Positions 9,013 to 18,536 of a stretch of DNA of 64,000 nucleotides are shown here, in pieces. The notes beneath the pieces were generated by a model. The model made no database searches and had not been told where the DNA came from. It was given only the letters and a program-made list of their open reading frames with translations. Positions within the stretch are counted from its first letter, which is position 1, and the number at the start of each line of letters is the position of its first letter. Source of the DNA: Promethearchaeota archaeon (GTDB lineage Archaea; Asgardarchaeota; Lokiarchaeia; Sigyniarchaeales; SOKP01). Position numbers and translations under genes: made by a program. The stretch spans positions 32,001 to 96,000 of the forward strand of contig JAHLWS010000080.1 in NCBI GenBank assembly GCA_019057795.1, read 5' to 3'.

Positions 9013-10243
9013 AATTTTTCAATTTAACGGTTGTAATAAATGCTACAATGAAACATTACTACTTAAAGAAGACTCAGAATATAGTATAGAATTCGTCTCT
9101 GATCCTAAAAATTGGAAAGGAGAAAAAGTCGATATTTCGGTAATAACAGGGTATTTAATCCCAGATGACTTAAAGCATTTAAACAAAATTAAAGATAATT
9201 CAGAAAAAGTTATTGCTTATGGAAATTGCGCAGCGACCGGAGGCGTATTTGCTTTAGCAAACCAGAAAGGACACGATGTTACTCCTTTACAAAACTTAAT
9301 TGGAGACTCGCAAAATATCAATGGCTGTTTAGGAGAGATTGAAGAGTTAAAGAATACAATCGATGAGAAGGAAATACATAAACTTAAAAATTTATGCGAA
9401 GTTTGTTCCCGAAAAGCAACTTGCGAATATTTAGAAGAAATAAAGCGACAAATAGAATTAGACGATTCCAGTACTTGTTTTAACGACTTAGGTTTTCTCT
9501 GTAGTGGTTTTATCGCAAAAGAATGTAAAGAGAGATGTATTGATTACAACACTCCTTGTAGGGGCTGTAAGCCAAGCATAGACCGTTCTGGGATTCGAAT
9601 GCTCGGACTGTTCGGAACATTGGCGGGGAATGTAGAGATTGCGACTGAACATTCAGTTAAAGGAGCTACAGATAAGCTTGCAGACGAAGATGACGACTTA
9701 ACTGATGGTTTACCTGATATAGTCGGTAACTTTTTTAGGTTTACACTACCTACTTCTGGTTTACCAAAGGGTAGAATACCTTCGTCAGGAACGCTGTTAG
9801 AAGACCTATTTATTGGTAGGCTAATAGAAGAGATTCCTTTGATAACAGGACTTTTAGGCGGTAGTAAATCGATCTCATTAACGCTTAAATTCATTGAATC
9901 CTACGAAAAAGCGAATGAAATAAAAGTAAGCGAACAAGTCAAAAAATTTCGCAGTGAATTGCTAACATTAGAAGATGAATTGCTAAACGCAATTGATAAA
10001 GAAGATTCTACTAAATATAAAGAAGTCACTGAGAAAATAAGAAAAATTGCCGGGAATATGAATTTATCGAATTTGTATTTTGGTGGTTTCAAAACAAAAA
10101 TTAATGATAGCGATAATTTTGACGATTATAAAACCCATATTTTTGAAATAGTGGAAGGAACCTATAAAAATGGTTCTGTAGAATATAAAATAGATTCAGA
10201 TGGTATTTTAACAGAAATAAAAATAAAAGAGGGATTAGTATGA
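9002..10243 (+). CDS. MvhG-like Fe-S protein (hydrogenase small-subunit fold) with long C-terminal extension
   Basis: GCNKC, AYGNCAATGG, NGC, CEVC, CF..GFLCSG..C...C....PCRGC. Confidence 0.8.
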   Translation: MDVRIFQFNGCNKCYNETLLLKEDSEYSIEFVSDPKNWKGEKVDISVITGYLIPDDLKHLNKIKDNSEKVIAYGNCAATGGVFALANQKGHDVTPLQNLIGDSQNINGCLGEIEELKNTIDEKEIHKLKNLCEVCSRKATCEYLEEIKRQIELDDSSTCFNDLGFLCSGFIAKECKERCIDYNTPCRGCKPSIDRSGIRMLGLFGTLAGNVEIATEHSVKGATDKLADEDDDLTDGLPDIVGNFFRFTLPTSGLPKGRIPSSGTLLEDLFIGRLIEEIPLITGLLGGSKSISLTLKFIESYEKANEIKVSEQVKKFRSELLTLEDELLNAIDKEDSTKYKEVTEKIRKIAGNMNLSNLYFGGFKTKINDSDNFDDYKTHIFEIVEGTYKNGSVEYKIDSDGILTEIKIKEGLV

Positions 10244-12705
10244 GCTTTGAACTATTACAAAAAGAAATTATTGACGCAGGTTTATGCCAAGGTTGTGGTT
10301 TGTGTGTAGGTTATTGCAAGCACGTAGAAATGGAAACACTGCGTCCAGTATTAAAAGATTATTGTATTTTAGAAAGAGAGGGACAAAAATGCGGTAAATG
10401 CTACGAGAATTGTCCTCAAGTAATACAGAAAAAATTCAAAGAAATGCAACCAAAAGGAATGTATTCCTTAAGAAGCACAGACTCCGAAATTTTAGCAAGG
10501 GCTTCAAGTGGTGGATTTGTAACCACAATCGCCAGGCATCTTTTAAAAGAAAAAGAACTGTCTGAAATCGTCATGGTACAAAATATTAACGACTTACCAA
10601 AAGCAAGTATAGTAACAGACCCAGATGATGTTGTTCAAAAAGCTGGGGTTGTATACGGACGATCAGGCGTTTTACAAAAATTAGTGGAGGTAACAGGAGA
10701 AAATTTCGAGCCTTTAGGAATTATTGGAGTTCCCTGCGAAATTAGAGGCGCTGCTGAACTTGAAGAGGAAATGAAAAGAGAAATCCTCAAAATGGGGTTA
10801 TTTTGTAATTCAAGTATTCGAACTGAATATACTGATAGAGGATTAATTCAATCACCGTGCTCTGGTGGATGTCCTTCAGGAGTTGATGCTCGAGGTTATA
10901 TTGCCTTAATCCGTGATGGACATTATTTTGAAGCTGTGGATTTAATACGTGAAAAGAATCCTTTACCCTCTATTTGCGGAAGAATCTGTACGCACGAATG
11001 TGAGCATGGATGCTCATTAATAGGATCAGATACCCCCGTTGCTATTCGAGAATTAAAGAAATTTGTTACCGAATATGAAATTGAACATGGTAAAGCTATA
11101 AGTGCTAAAGACGGCAAAAAACTAGGAAAGAAAGTTGCAATCATAGGTTCTGGACCAGCAGGTTTAACAGCGGGCTATTTTCTATCCCTTAAAGGGTATT
11201 CGCCCACTATTTTCGAAAAAACGGATCAAACAGGTGGAATGTTAAGATTTGGAGTACCTCAATTCAGATTACCTAATTACATACTCGATTACGATGTAGA
11301 GACTATTAAAAATGTTGGAGTGGAAATAGAATTTAACAAACCGTTAGGTCCTAATATGACTATTGAAGATTTAAAAAAAAATGGCTTTGAAGCGATTTTT
11401 ATCGCAACAGGCCAATATAAACCTCGTACATTACATCTTGAAGGTGAGGACCTACCAAATGTATTTGTTGCTATTAATTTCCTTATCGATAGGAAATATC
11501 GCGAATGGACAAAATTAGAAGAATTTAAGGGTAAAACAATTGGTATTATAGGTGGAGGTCCCGTAGCCGTCGATGTAGCTCAAACAGCTCTGAGATTGGG
11601 CGCTGAAAAAGTACACCTTGTAGATATTATGTCTGAAAAAGATCTTGAACTTACATTGAGAGAGATTCCAGATGAAGAATATAAATACATGGAATACCAT
11701 TTTGGAACATCAACCTCTAAAATAACCAAAGGAAAAGGCGATGGATTGATATTAAATAGTCACAAAATTGAATGGGGAGAACCTGACGATACTGGCAGAC
11801 GCCCGCTAAATAAAGTTGAAGGCTCTGATTACGAAATTGCAATCGATTCTATAGTTATTGCGGTTGGACAAACAGTGGATTTCAATTTAATTGATATAGC
11901 TACAAATAACAAACTCAAAAAAGAACGGAACAAGATCGATGTCAATCCTATAACATTTGAAACTAATATTCCAGGTGTTTTTGCTGGCGGGGATATTATC
12001 TCGAACTCAAAAGCCGTTGCTATCGCAGCAATTGCTCACGGAAAAGAAGCTGCAACCTCGATAGACCGTTATTTAAAAGGACAAGATCTTACAACTGGTC
12101 GTTTTAAAGAAGATAGAATGTTTTTCGCTGGACAAAAGAAACCGCCAAAAGACTTTTCTTTAAAACCAGAATCATTAGAAGAAGCTACAGAGAATATTGA
12201 ATGGAACTTTGATGAAATCGATTCGATGTTTAACGAAGACATGGCGTTAGCGGAAGCGAAACGTTGCTTAAGCTGTAACCACTACTGTTTACATTGTCAA
12301 GATTTTCCTGCGATCTATTCGGACTTTACAGCCGGCGAAGTAGGCTCTGAAAAAGGATTTACTACGGTTGTAGCATGGACGGATAGAGGAAAAGAAATTA
12401 TTGAAAACTCAATTAAAAAAGGTTTGTTTGAAGTAGGAAGCGTTAACGAGGAAGAATTAAAGGAAGCTATCAATCTGAAGTCAAAAAGAGAATTAAAAAT
12501 CCTAAATAAAACGCCCAGACAAGAAGTCTTAAATTATATCGTACGCTTAGGACCAGCCACTATTAGTAAAATCGCTGGAATTTTGGATTTAGGAGCGAAA
12601 AAGGTTCGATACGAAGCCTTAAGGTTAGTTCAATTAAACCAGATTGAGATGAAAGTTGAGCCTGGTATGGACGAGCCAATTTTTTCACCTATCTGTGAAG
12701 ATTAA
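10240..12705 (+). CDS. Ferredoxin-FrhB/FdhB protein with an inserted GltD/SudA-like flavoprotein module and C-terminal wHTH
   Basis: N-terminal ferredoxin; SSGGFVT and GVPCEI..GLFC (FrhB); SPC..CP, GRICTHECE.GC, IGSGPAG, GGGPVA, GVFAGGD, EAKRCLSC (GltD); then C..C.DF...SD...G.VGS..GFTTV..TDRG (FrhB C-terminus resumes); HTH tail. Confidence 0.85.
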   Translation: MSFELLQKEIIDAGLCQGCGLCVGYCKHVEMETLRPVLKDYCILEREGQKCGKCYENCPQVIQKKFKEMQPKGMYSLRSTDSEILARASSGGFVTTIARHLLKEKELSEIVMVQNINDLPKASIVTDPDDVVQKAGVVYGRSGVLQKLVEVTGENFEPLGIIGVPCEIRGAAELEEEMKREILKMGLFCNSSIRTEYTDRGLIQSPCSGGCPSGVDARGYIALIRDGHYFEAVDLIREKNPLPSICGRICTHECEHGCSLIGSDTPVAIRELKKFVTEYEIEHGKAISAKDGKKLGKKVAIIGSGPAGLTAGYFLSLKGYSPTIFEKTDQTGGMLRFGVPQFRLPNYILDYDVETIKNVGVEIEFNKPLGPNMTIEDLKKNGFEAIFIATGQYKPRTLHLEGEDLPNVFVAINFLIDRKYREWTKLEEFKGKTIGIIGGGPVAVDVAQTALRLGAEKVHLVDIMSEKDLELTLREIPDEEYKYMEYHFGTSTSKITKGKGDGLILNSHKIEWGEPDDTGRRPLNKVEGSDYEIAIDSIVIAVGQTVDFNLIDIATNNKLKKERNKIDVNPITFETNIPGVFAGGDIISNSKAVAIAAIAHGKEAATSIDRYLKGQDLTTGRFKEDRMFFAGQKKPPKDFSLKPESLEEATENIEWNFDEIDSMFNEDMALAEAKRCLSCNHYCLHCQDFPAIYSDFTAGEVGSEKGFTTVVAWTDRGKEIIENSIKKGLFEVGSVNEEELKEAINLKSKRELKILNKTPRQEVLNYIVRLGPATISKIAGILDLGAKKVRYEALRLVQLNQIEMKVEPGMDEPIFSPICED

Positions 12706-12738
12706 TTAAAAATTCAAAAATAAAAAGAGGTAAAAACT

Positions 12739-12975
12739 ATGAAATTTGATCAAGAATTAAATGTGTGTGGTTTAGTTTGTCCCGTACCTGCGTTGAAAAC
12801 CAAAAAGCAACTCATGAAGATGCGACCCGGTACCGTATTAAAGGTGATAACTGACTATAGACCCGCAAGTGAGTCAGTTCCACGTGATTTAGCAAAGACT
12901 AAACATAAACATTTAGGGACCGATTTTCTCGAAGATGACGAGCAATGGTTAATGTATTTTGAGTCAGTAAAATAA
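12739..12975 (+). CDS. tusA: TusA/SirA family sulfur carrier (second copy)
   Basis: GLVCPVP, LKVITD. Confidence 0.9.
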   Translation: MKFDQELNVCGLVCPVPALKTKKQLMKMRPGTVLKVITDYRPASESVPRDLAKTKHKHLGTDFLEDDEQWLMYFESVK

Positions 12976-12985
12976 AACTACAAAA

Positions 12986-13014
12986 CTTTTTTTTATTTTT
13001 TTTATTTATTTTTT
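12986..13014 (+). terminator. Poly-T terminator of the Hdr operon
   Basis: Consecutive T runs just after the tusA stop. Confidence 0.5.
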
Positions 13015-13185
13015 GAACAACTGATTTCATTAAGACTAAATATAAACATTTAAGGATGGATTTTACGAGCTCTGCAAAATTCCGTTTACTTCTCATTATT
13101 TAAATATTTTAAAAACCTAGATCAACTTATTATATTGATATGATTCGAGAATAATATTTGAAGATAATAGCCTACGATGAGATAA

Positions 13186-13773
13186 ATGGGAAGAATAAAA
13201 TCTTTTATCCATAAATTATCGGCTGATATAAAAAGTTTAGGTAACAAAGATATTAACTTTATTCAGATGCGTCTTCTAGTGTCAAATATAACTCCTGAAT
13301 TTGAACAAAGTATTAAACAAAAAGTATCTCAAGGGATACTCAAAGCTGAGATTCGGGAAGCAAGCATGGAAGATGTTGATAGTTTAATCAAGCTTCATGA
13401 TCTCGCATGGCATTCGACCCCAATGCCGTATAGACCTTTAGATAAAGAAAATATAGTTAAAATGCTCAAAGATGAAGATATAATCTTCCTAATCGCTAAA
13501 ATTGAAGGAAAAGACAGTGGATTTGCCTTGATCTATTTTACAGGAACAGATAGAAAAATTAGTGTTATCGCGGGTTTGGGAATCCTTCCAGAATTGCAAA
13601 GAAAGGGATTAGGAACTATGTTAGGTTTAGCGAGCTGGGATTACTTTAAGAAGAAGGGAGTGAAAGAATTACGATGTAAGGTGTATAAAGACAATAAAAC
13701 ATCCTACAATTTCATACGAGGTCTCAAGTTCGAGGAATATGATGAGGATTTCGTTCAATGGAAGCTTTTTTAG
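13186..13773 (+). CDS. GNAT family N-acetyltransferase
   Basis: ILPELQRKGLGTML acetyl-CoA motif A, N..S..F...L.F. Confidence 0.9.
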   Translation: MGRIKSFIHKLSADIKSLGNKDINFIQMRLLVSNITPEFEQSIKQKVSQGILKAEIREASMEDVDSLIKLHDLAWHSTPMPYRPLDKENIVKMLKDEDIIFLIAKIEGKDSGFALIYFTGTDRKISVIAGLGILPELQRKGLGTMLGLASWDYFKKKGVKELRCKVYKDNKTSYNFIRGLKFEEYDEDFVQWKLF

Positions 13774-13838
13774 CTGTTAGAGCCAATTTTTTAATTTATT
13801 ACTTTAAAGTTTTTAATGATGTTATAATCATTTAACTT

Positions 13839-14585
13839 ATGGAAAAAGATTCAGAACATTACGGAGATAAATTCCAACAAAAATCTAAATATGTTAGAAA
13901 CAGAATGCCCCAACATATTTTAGATTGGTCGAGAAGGCCGAAAACATATAAAACATATCCGAACGCAATAAAACAAATCGAACTTCCAAAACCTGATTTT
14001 GAGAAAACGATTGATTTTTGGAGAGTAATTAGAAATCGGCACTCAACCAGAAAATTCACTAAAGATCCTATATCTTTAATGGATCTCAGTTTGCTCTTAT
14101 TTGGAATGTCTGGGTTAAACAGGATTTTTCCTCAATTTGCTTTTAGAACGGTACCATCGGCGGGCGGTTTGTATCCAATCGAAATCTACCCTGTAGTTAA
14201 TAATGTTACCAGTTTAGAAAAAGGTGTCTACCATTATAATATTAAAGAACATTCACTAGATTTATTAAAAGAAGGAGATATTAGAGGTAAGGTGGCTGAG
14301 GGGTGTCTTGGTCAAAATATGGCTTTTATTTCAGCTGTGAATTTTATTTGGACGGCTATGATTGGCCGCTCTCAATGGAAGTATTTACAGAGGTGTTATA
14401 GATATATATATTTAGATGCAGGGCACATTGGACAGAATTTTTATCTGATTGCTGAAGCGCTTGGTTTGGGAGCTTGTACTGTTGGAGCAATTTATGATGA
14501 TGAATTGAATATCTTGCTCGAAATCGACGGAATTAATGAAACTTCGATCTATGTTGGTGTATTAGGTAAAAAATTTAAAGAATAA
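13839..14585 (+). CDS. SagB/ThcOx-family nitroreductase-like dehydrogenase
   Basis: RHSTRKF, RTVPSAGGLYP, YRYIYLDAGHIGQN. Confidence 0.92.
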   Translation: MEKDSEHYGDKFQQKSKYVRNRMPQHILDWSRRPKTYKTYPNAIKQIELPKPDFEKTIDFWRVIRNRHSTRKFTKDPISLMDLSLLLFGMSGLNRIFPQFAFRTVPSAGGLYPIEIYPVVNNVTSLEKGVYHYNIKEHSLDLLKEGDIRGKVAEGCLGQNMAFISAVNFIWTAMIGRSQWKYLQRCYRYIYLDAGHIGQNFYLIAEALGLGACTVGAIYDDELNILLEIDGINETSIYVGVLGKKFKE

Positions 14586-14619
14586 AAATAAAAAATGCAT
14601 GGAGCAATTCTTTTTTTGC

Positions 14620-14799
14620 TCAAATTTCCAACCCAAAATCCCAATTGTTTAGGATAACATCATCAATAGAACTCGGTCCTTTTTTTAATTTTTCTTGGAT
14701 TTCTCGAGTTTTTATGTCATCTTTCCAAACCGCATCCGTAGCTGCTTGAAGGATTGTATCTATTTCCTTTTTTATATTATCCTTGCTTGTTAATTTCAT
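14620..14799 (-). CDS. Small hypothetical protein (59 aa, below the ORF-track cutoff)
   Basis: MKLTSKDNIKKEIDTILQAATDAVWKDD...WDFGLEI*, protein-like composition. Confidence 0.5.
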   Translation of the reverse strand: MKLTSKDNIKKEIDTILQAATDAVWKDDIKTREIQEKLKKGPSSIDDVILNNWDFGLEI

Positions 14800-15142
14800 G
14801 GTAAGATAAAATATTATTGTTAATTATTTAAAAGTAAAGACGCATGTTATTTTTAAAAAACCTTTGGGTAATTTGGGTAAAGAATTAATAAATATATAAT
14901 TTTTGTATTAATTAATTAACATTTTTTATACTTTTAGTAAAAAATATGATGATACATTAATTTAAACAATCTTATCTTTTTAGAAAAAGATTTTTAATCG
15001 TATGTTTTATCAATTATTTAGAGTTTTTTCGCAATATCCATCTCGTAAGAAAATCATCTAAATAGAATTGGATTATTAATATTTAACATGATATAAATAG
15101 AATGATGATTTCATTAAATTATATATTGGAGGGAATAAAGTT

Positions 15143-16492
15143 ATGAATGAAACTAGCAAGTTTTCAAAGATAAGAGAGAAATTAAGCAACTTATTTCATA
15201 GAATATTTGAACCAAGTCATATTTTTTATACAATTACATTTTTTATTGTAGTTGTAATAATTTCTTTACTAAGTTTTATTGCAAGTCCTATTATTGGAAA
15301 TGTTTTACTATTTATTACATCAACTTTCTCGTTAACATTTATATTTTTAACGATTTTTGGAGTAGTTCCAAATCTGAAATCTTTTTTATTTTCACCCGAT
15401 AAAAAATTTGATCGAAGGAAGATTTTTAGTTTAATAATCGCATTTGGAATTAGCACGGTTATTATTGCATTGTACTTTATTTTAACTTCTCTTCCTGAAT
15501 TCCCGATTCAATTCTTAAAATGGGATTACGTTCTTCCATATTTATTTGTTGGTATATATTTTGGTTGGAATGTTATTCAAATTTTTTTTATTAGAGTAGG
15601 ATTTGAACAATATTCTATAAAAGTTGACAATTGGGTATTAAAAGATAAAGAAGACTTTAAACAGAATCAATTCTTAAGTTCAATATTTCTAATTTTAGCT
15701 TTAGCAGTGCCTGTGTTAATCCAAATAGGCACATATTTTGGATTTATTGATTATTTTGAGGCTGATCCTGGTAATCTTTTTGATCCATTGTTATGGTTTA
15801 ATGGTTGGAATATTGCTATGTTTGTAGTTATTGTTATTATATCTTGGCGTTTAGTTACTATATATATTAAAAGCCAAAGAAATGAAACTCCAAACGTATT
15901 TTCCTCAATATTTTACATTTTAATTTGGATTATTATTTGGTATAGATCGTTTAGTTTTATAAATTCGTTTAGAAGCGTAGCTCAAGCTGGGGGAATTGAT
16001 TTTTTCAGAATATTAATGGATATTCTTTTAATGATCTTTACTACGATCATGGTTTTAAAGGGATTAGGAACAAAAGTTACAAGGTCTAGAATTTTAAATG
16101 AAGATAATTTAGCTTTTTTACTTTTTGCTTTTACTATTTTATATATTGAAGGCCAAATTGTCATGATAACTGGAGCTGGTGCTTTAACAGGATCTTTTAC
16201 TGATAGAAATCAGATAAGTATGTTAAACAACTTTTTGATTTTAGTAGTGACTATAAGCTTTTACTGGTGGTATTCTGAATACACATTAGAAAGAAAGGGT
16301 CTAATTCTTAGGAAAGCCTTTAAACCAGAGGAAGTCATTGTTGTTGTTAAAGATTTTAAAGAATATTTAATTAATAGCGGTGCTCTTGATGCAAATAAAA
16401 TAAATGATTGGGAATTCCAGAATTTTTTAAAACAAAAGAAATTAAATATAAAGGAATCGGGTAAACCTGAATCAGAGAAAGTGGACGAATAG
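15143..16492 (+). CDS. Multi-pass membrane protein of unknown function
   Basis: About 10 hydrophobic segments; GGAGG upstream. Confidence 0.8.
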   Translation: MNETSKFSKIREKLSNLFHRIFEPSHIFYTITFFIVVVIISLLSFIASPIIGNVLLFITSTFSLTFIFLTIFGVVPNLKSFLFSPDKKFDRRKIFSLIIAFGISTVIIALYFILTSLPEFPIQFLKWDYVLPYLFVGIYFGWNVIQIFFIRVGFEQYSIKVDNWVLKDKEDFKQNQFLSSIFLILALAVPVLIQIGTYFGFIDYFEADPGNLFDPLLWFNGWNIAMFVVIVIISWRLVTIYIKSQRNETPNVFSSIFYILIWIIIWYRSFSFINSFRSVAQAGGIDFFRILMDILLMIFTTIMVLKGLGTKVTRSRILNEDNLAFLLFAFTILYIEGQIVMITGAGALTGSFTDRNQISMLNNFLILVVTISFYWWYSEYTLERKGLILRKAFKPEEVIVVVKDFKEYLINSGALDANKINDWEFQNFLKQKKLNIKESGKPESEKVDE

Positions 16493-16543
16493 AAAATTAG
16501 ATTATAGGTAAAACTTTAAAGAAAATTAAGTTTAAGAAATTTT

Positions 16544-17278
16544 ATGGAAGACATCGAAAATATTTTATTAAAGATTCAAGATAATACGAATCCGCAGGAA
16601 ATTAATGACATTTTAATTGAACTAAGCAAGAACCCGAACGAAAAAACTTTAATTATAGTGGATTATTTTTTAGATTCGTTGAATGCAACAATCTTAAATA
16701 AAATAAAGTTGAATTTGATTTTTCTCCTAGGTGCAATTGGGAGCGTAACAATCTTAAACAGAAAATATTTGAATTTTTTGCTCGAAAGCTATTTTAACTC
16801 AGACAGATGGGTTAGAAACGAAATTATTCAATCCTTTCTCGTTATTTTGCAAAACCACGAATACAATAATGAGATTTATCAAATAATAGAACACGCGTTA
16901 AACGAAGATTATTTGCCTATAAAAAAGAGCGCCCTAAGTGTTTTAATGATATTAAAGGAGCTCCCCGAAAAAGTTGTATTAACTCTCTTAAGGATTTTAG
17001 ATACAAACAACGATGAAATTCTTGAAATGGGATTGAAGATATTAAAAAGAAGCGTTCAAACTTGGGATGAATTATTTGAGTTGCTAAACATTTCAAAAGG
17101 TTATACAATTTTAAACAAATTTATAGTTAGAGTTCTAATCTTAGAGTATTTTGATTCAATAAGTGAATTAGAATCGTTTATAGAAAAAATTAATTCCTCG
17201 AAATGGGAAGAAGAATACAAAATATTATGTAACACCGAAATTAACTCGTTTCAAAGAATTTTAAAGAAAAAAGCATAA
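16544..17278 (+). CDS. HEAT-repeat-like helical protein
   Basis: DRWVRNE, ALNEDYLPIKKSAL HEAT-like units. Confidence 0.6.
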   Translation: MEDIENILLKIQDNTNPQEINDILIELSKNPNEKTLIIVDYFLDSLNATILNKIKLNLIFLLGAIGSVTILNRKYLNFLLESYFNSDRWVRNEIIQSFLVILQNHEYNNEIYQIIEHALNEDYLPIKKSALSVLMILKELPEKVVLTLLRILDTNNDEILEMGLKILKRSVQTWDELFELLNISKGYTILNKFIVRVLILEYFDSISELESFIEKINSSKWEEEYKILCNTEINSFQRILKKKA

Positions 17279-17298
17279 GATTTGTTGATGAAATTAAT

Positions 17299-18519
17299 TT
17301 ATTCGTAGTTTTCTAATACGATTTCCAGTTTTTCATTTGAATAAATTATCTCGTTAAAAATTTTGATTAAAGCCTTAATAATTTCCCTCGGGTTTCCCTT
17401 GGTATTTTCAAATATATTTCTCAAGATTCTTTTATTTAAGGGAAAGTATGGATTTTGAAAAGCGTTAATAAAATCACTAATCCCCATATTCTCGTAGAAA
17501 AATCTCATACTTTCTTTATAGAATTCAAATATATCTTCTTCGTTAAAATCTAAAAGAAAGAGAGGGTCCTTTATTGAAAACAAAAGTTCCGCGTTCTTTT
17601 CTTGATATTTTTTTTTAATTTCTTCTAAAGAATCGATGGATTTCAGAGTTATAATTATGCGTAAACCCTCTATTTGCTGTAACTGAACGATTTTATCAAA
17701 TATTTTTTCAGAAGCAATATCGTCTGGCGATTTATCAGCTCCGTACAACCAACTAGGATCATAGATTTCTTCAGCGGAATCATCTTTTGGTTTCGTTATG
17801 GAAATAATTTTTTCAAAATCGTCAATAAACAAGATCGTTCCTGATTTAGAATTTTCAATTAATAACATTAACATCATAAATGCATTTTTACCTTTTCGAA
17901 GATCGTGCGAGATATTTAAGCTTGAAAGTTCCTTTACATCCATGAGTTCCCCTAATAACCATCTTTCAGCTTCAATCCTTTTATAGGGATCTAACTGATG
18001 AGTTACAATCCCAGATATTATATCAGTTAAGATTTCCGTTTCTATTTTGCTATATTTATTTGATAATAGTTTAAACGCAAAATTTTTTATTTTTTCAAGA
18101 TTTGCTACATGGAAAAAACCAAATTTCCTTTCTAACGCGCCCCATTCGTCACATAATCGATTTATAATGAATTTTAAAGGAGCTAATTCTAAGTTTTCGA
18201 TAAATTCAGAATAAATATTATAAAAAAACTTTTTATAGATATATTCTAAAGAAATATAAAAAGTATTATAACGATAAAGGGAATTCTTTAGAGCCCAATA
18301 AAGTTGTGTCTTACCTGTACCTACTTCTCCTATGATAGGGAGGATAAAGTTTTTGTCTTTTTCGACAATATTTTCAATTGTTTTAATTAAATCTTTTCTG
18401 GAATTAACCAGTCCTAATTCTTCCTTAATTTCACCCGTACAAACAAACTTTTTGAAAGGGTTATTTCCCCATTTTAACACACGGATTAATTTTTTCCTTT
18501 TATTTTCATATAGAATCAT
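17299..18519 (-). CDS. P-loop ATPase (AAA+, BrxD/DUF2791-like)
   Basis: Walker A GEVGTGKT, Walker B ILFIDDFE, GNPREI; start moved to ATG 18519. Confidence 0.8.
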   Translation of the reverse strand: MILYENKRKKLIRVLKWGNNPFKKFVCTGEIKEELGLVNSRKDLIKTIENIVEKDKNFILPIIGEVGTGKTQLYWALKNSLYRYNTFYISLEYIYKKFFYNIYSEFIENLELAPLKFIINRLCDEWGALERKFGFFHVANLEKIKNFAFKLLSNKYSKIETEILTDIISGIVTHQLDPYKRIEAERWLLGELMDVKELSSLNISHDLRKGKNAFMMLMLLIENSKSGTILFIDDFEKIISITKPKDDSAEEIYDPSWLYGADKSPDDIASEKIFDKIVQLQQIEGLRIIITLKSIDSLEEIKKKYQEKNAELLFSIKDPLFLLDFNEEDIFEFYKESMRFFYENMGISDFINAFQNPYFPLNKRILRNIFENTKGNPREIIKALIKIFNEIIYSNEKLEIVLENYE

Positions 18520-18536
18520 GTTGCATAAATTTCCTT

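Noticed and set aside
9002-12705. Calling the operon a group 3 NiFe hydrogenase
   Set aside because: No large subunit with Ni-binding motifs and no maturation genes in the window
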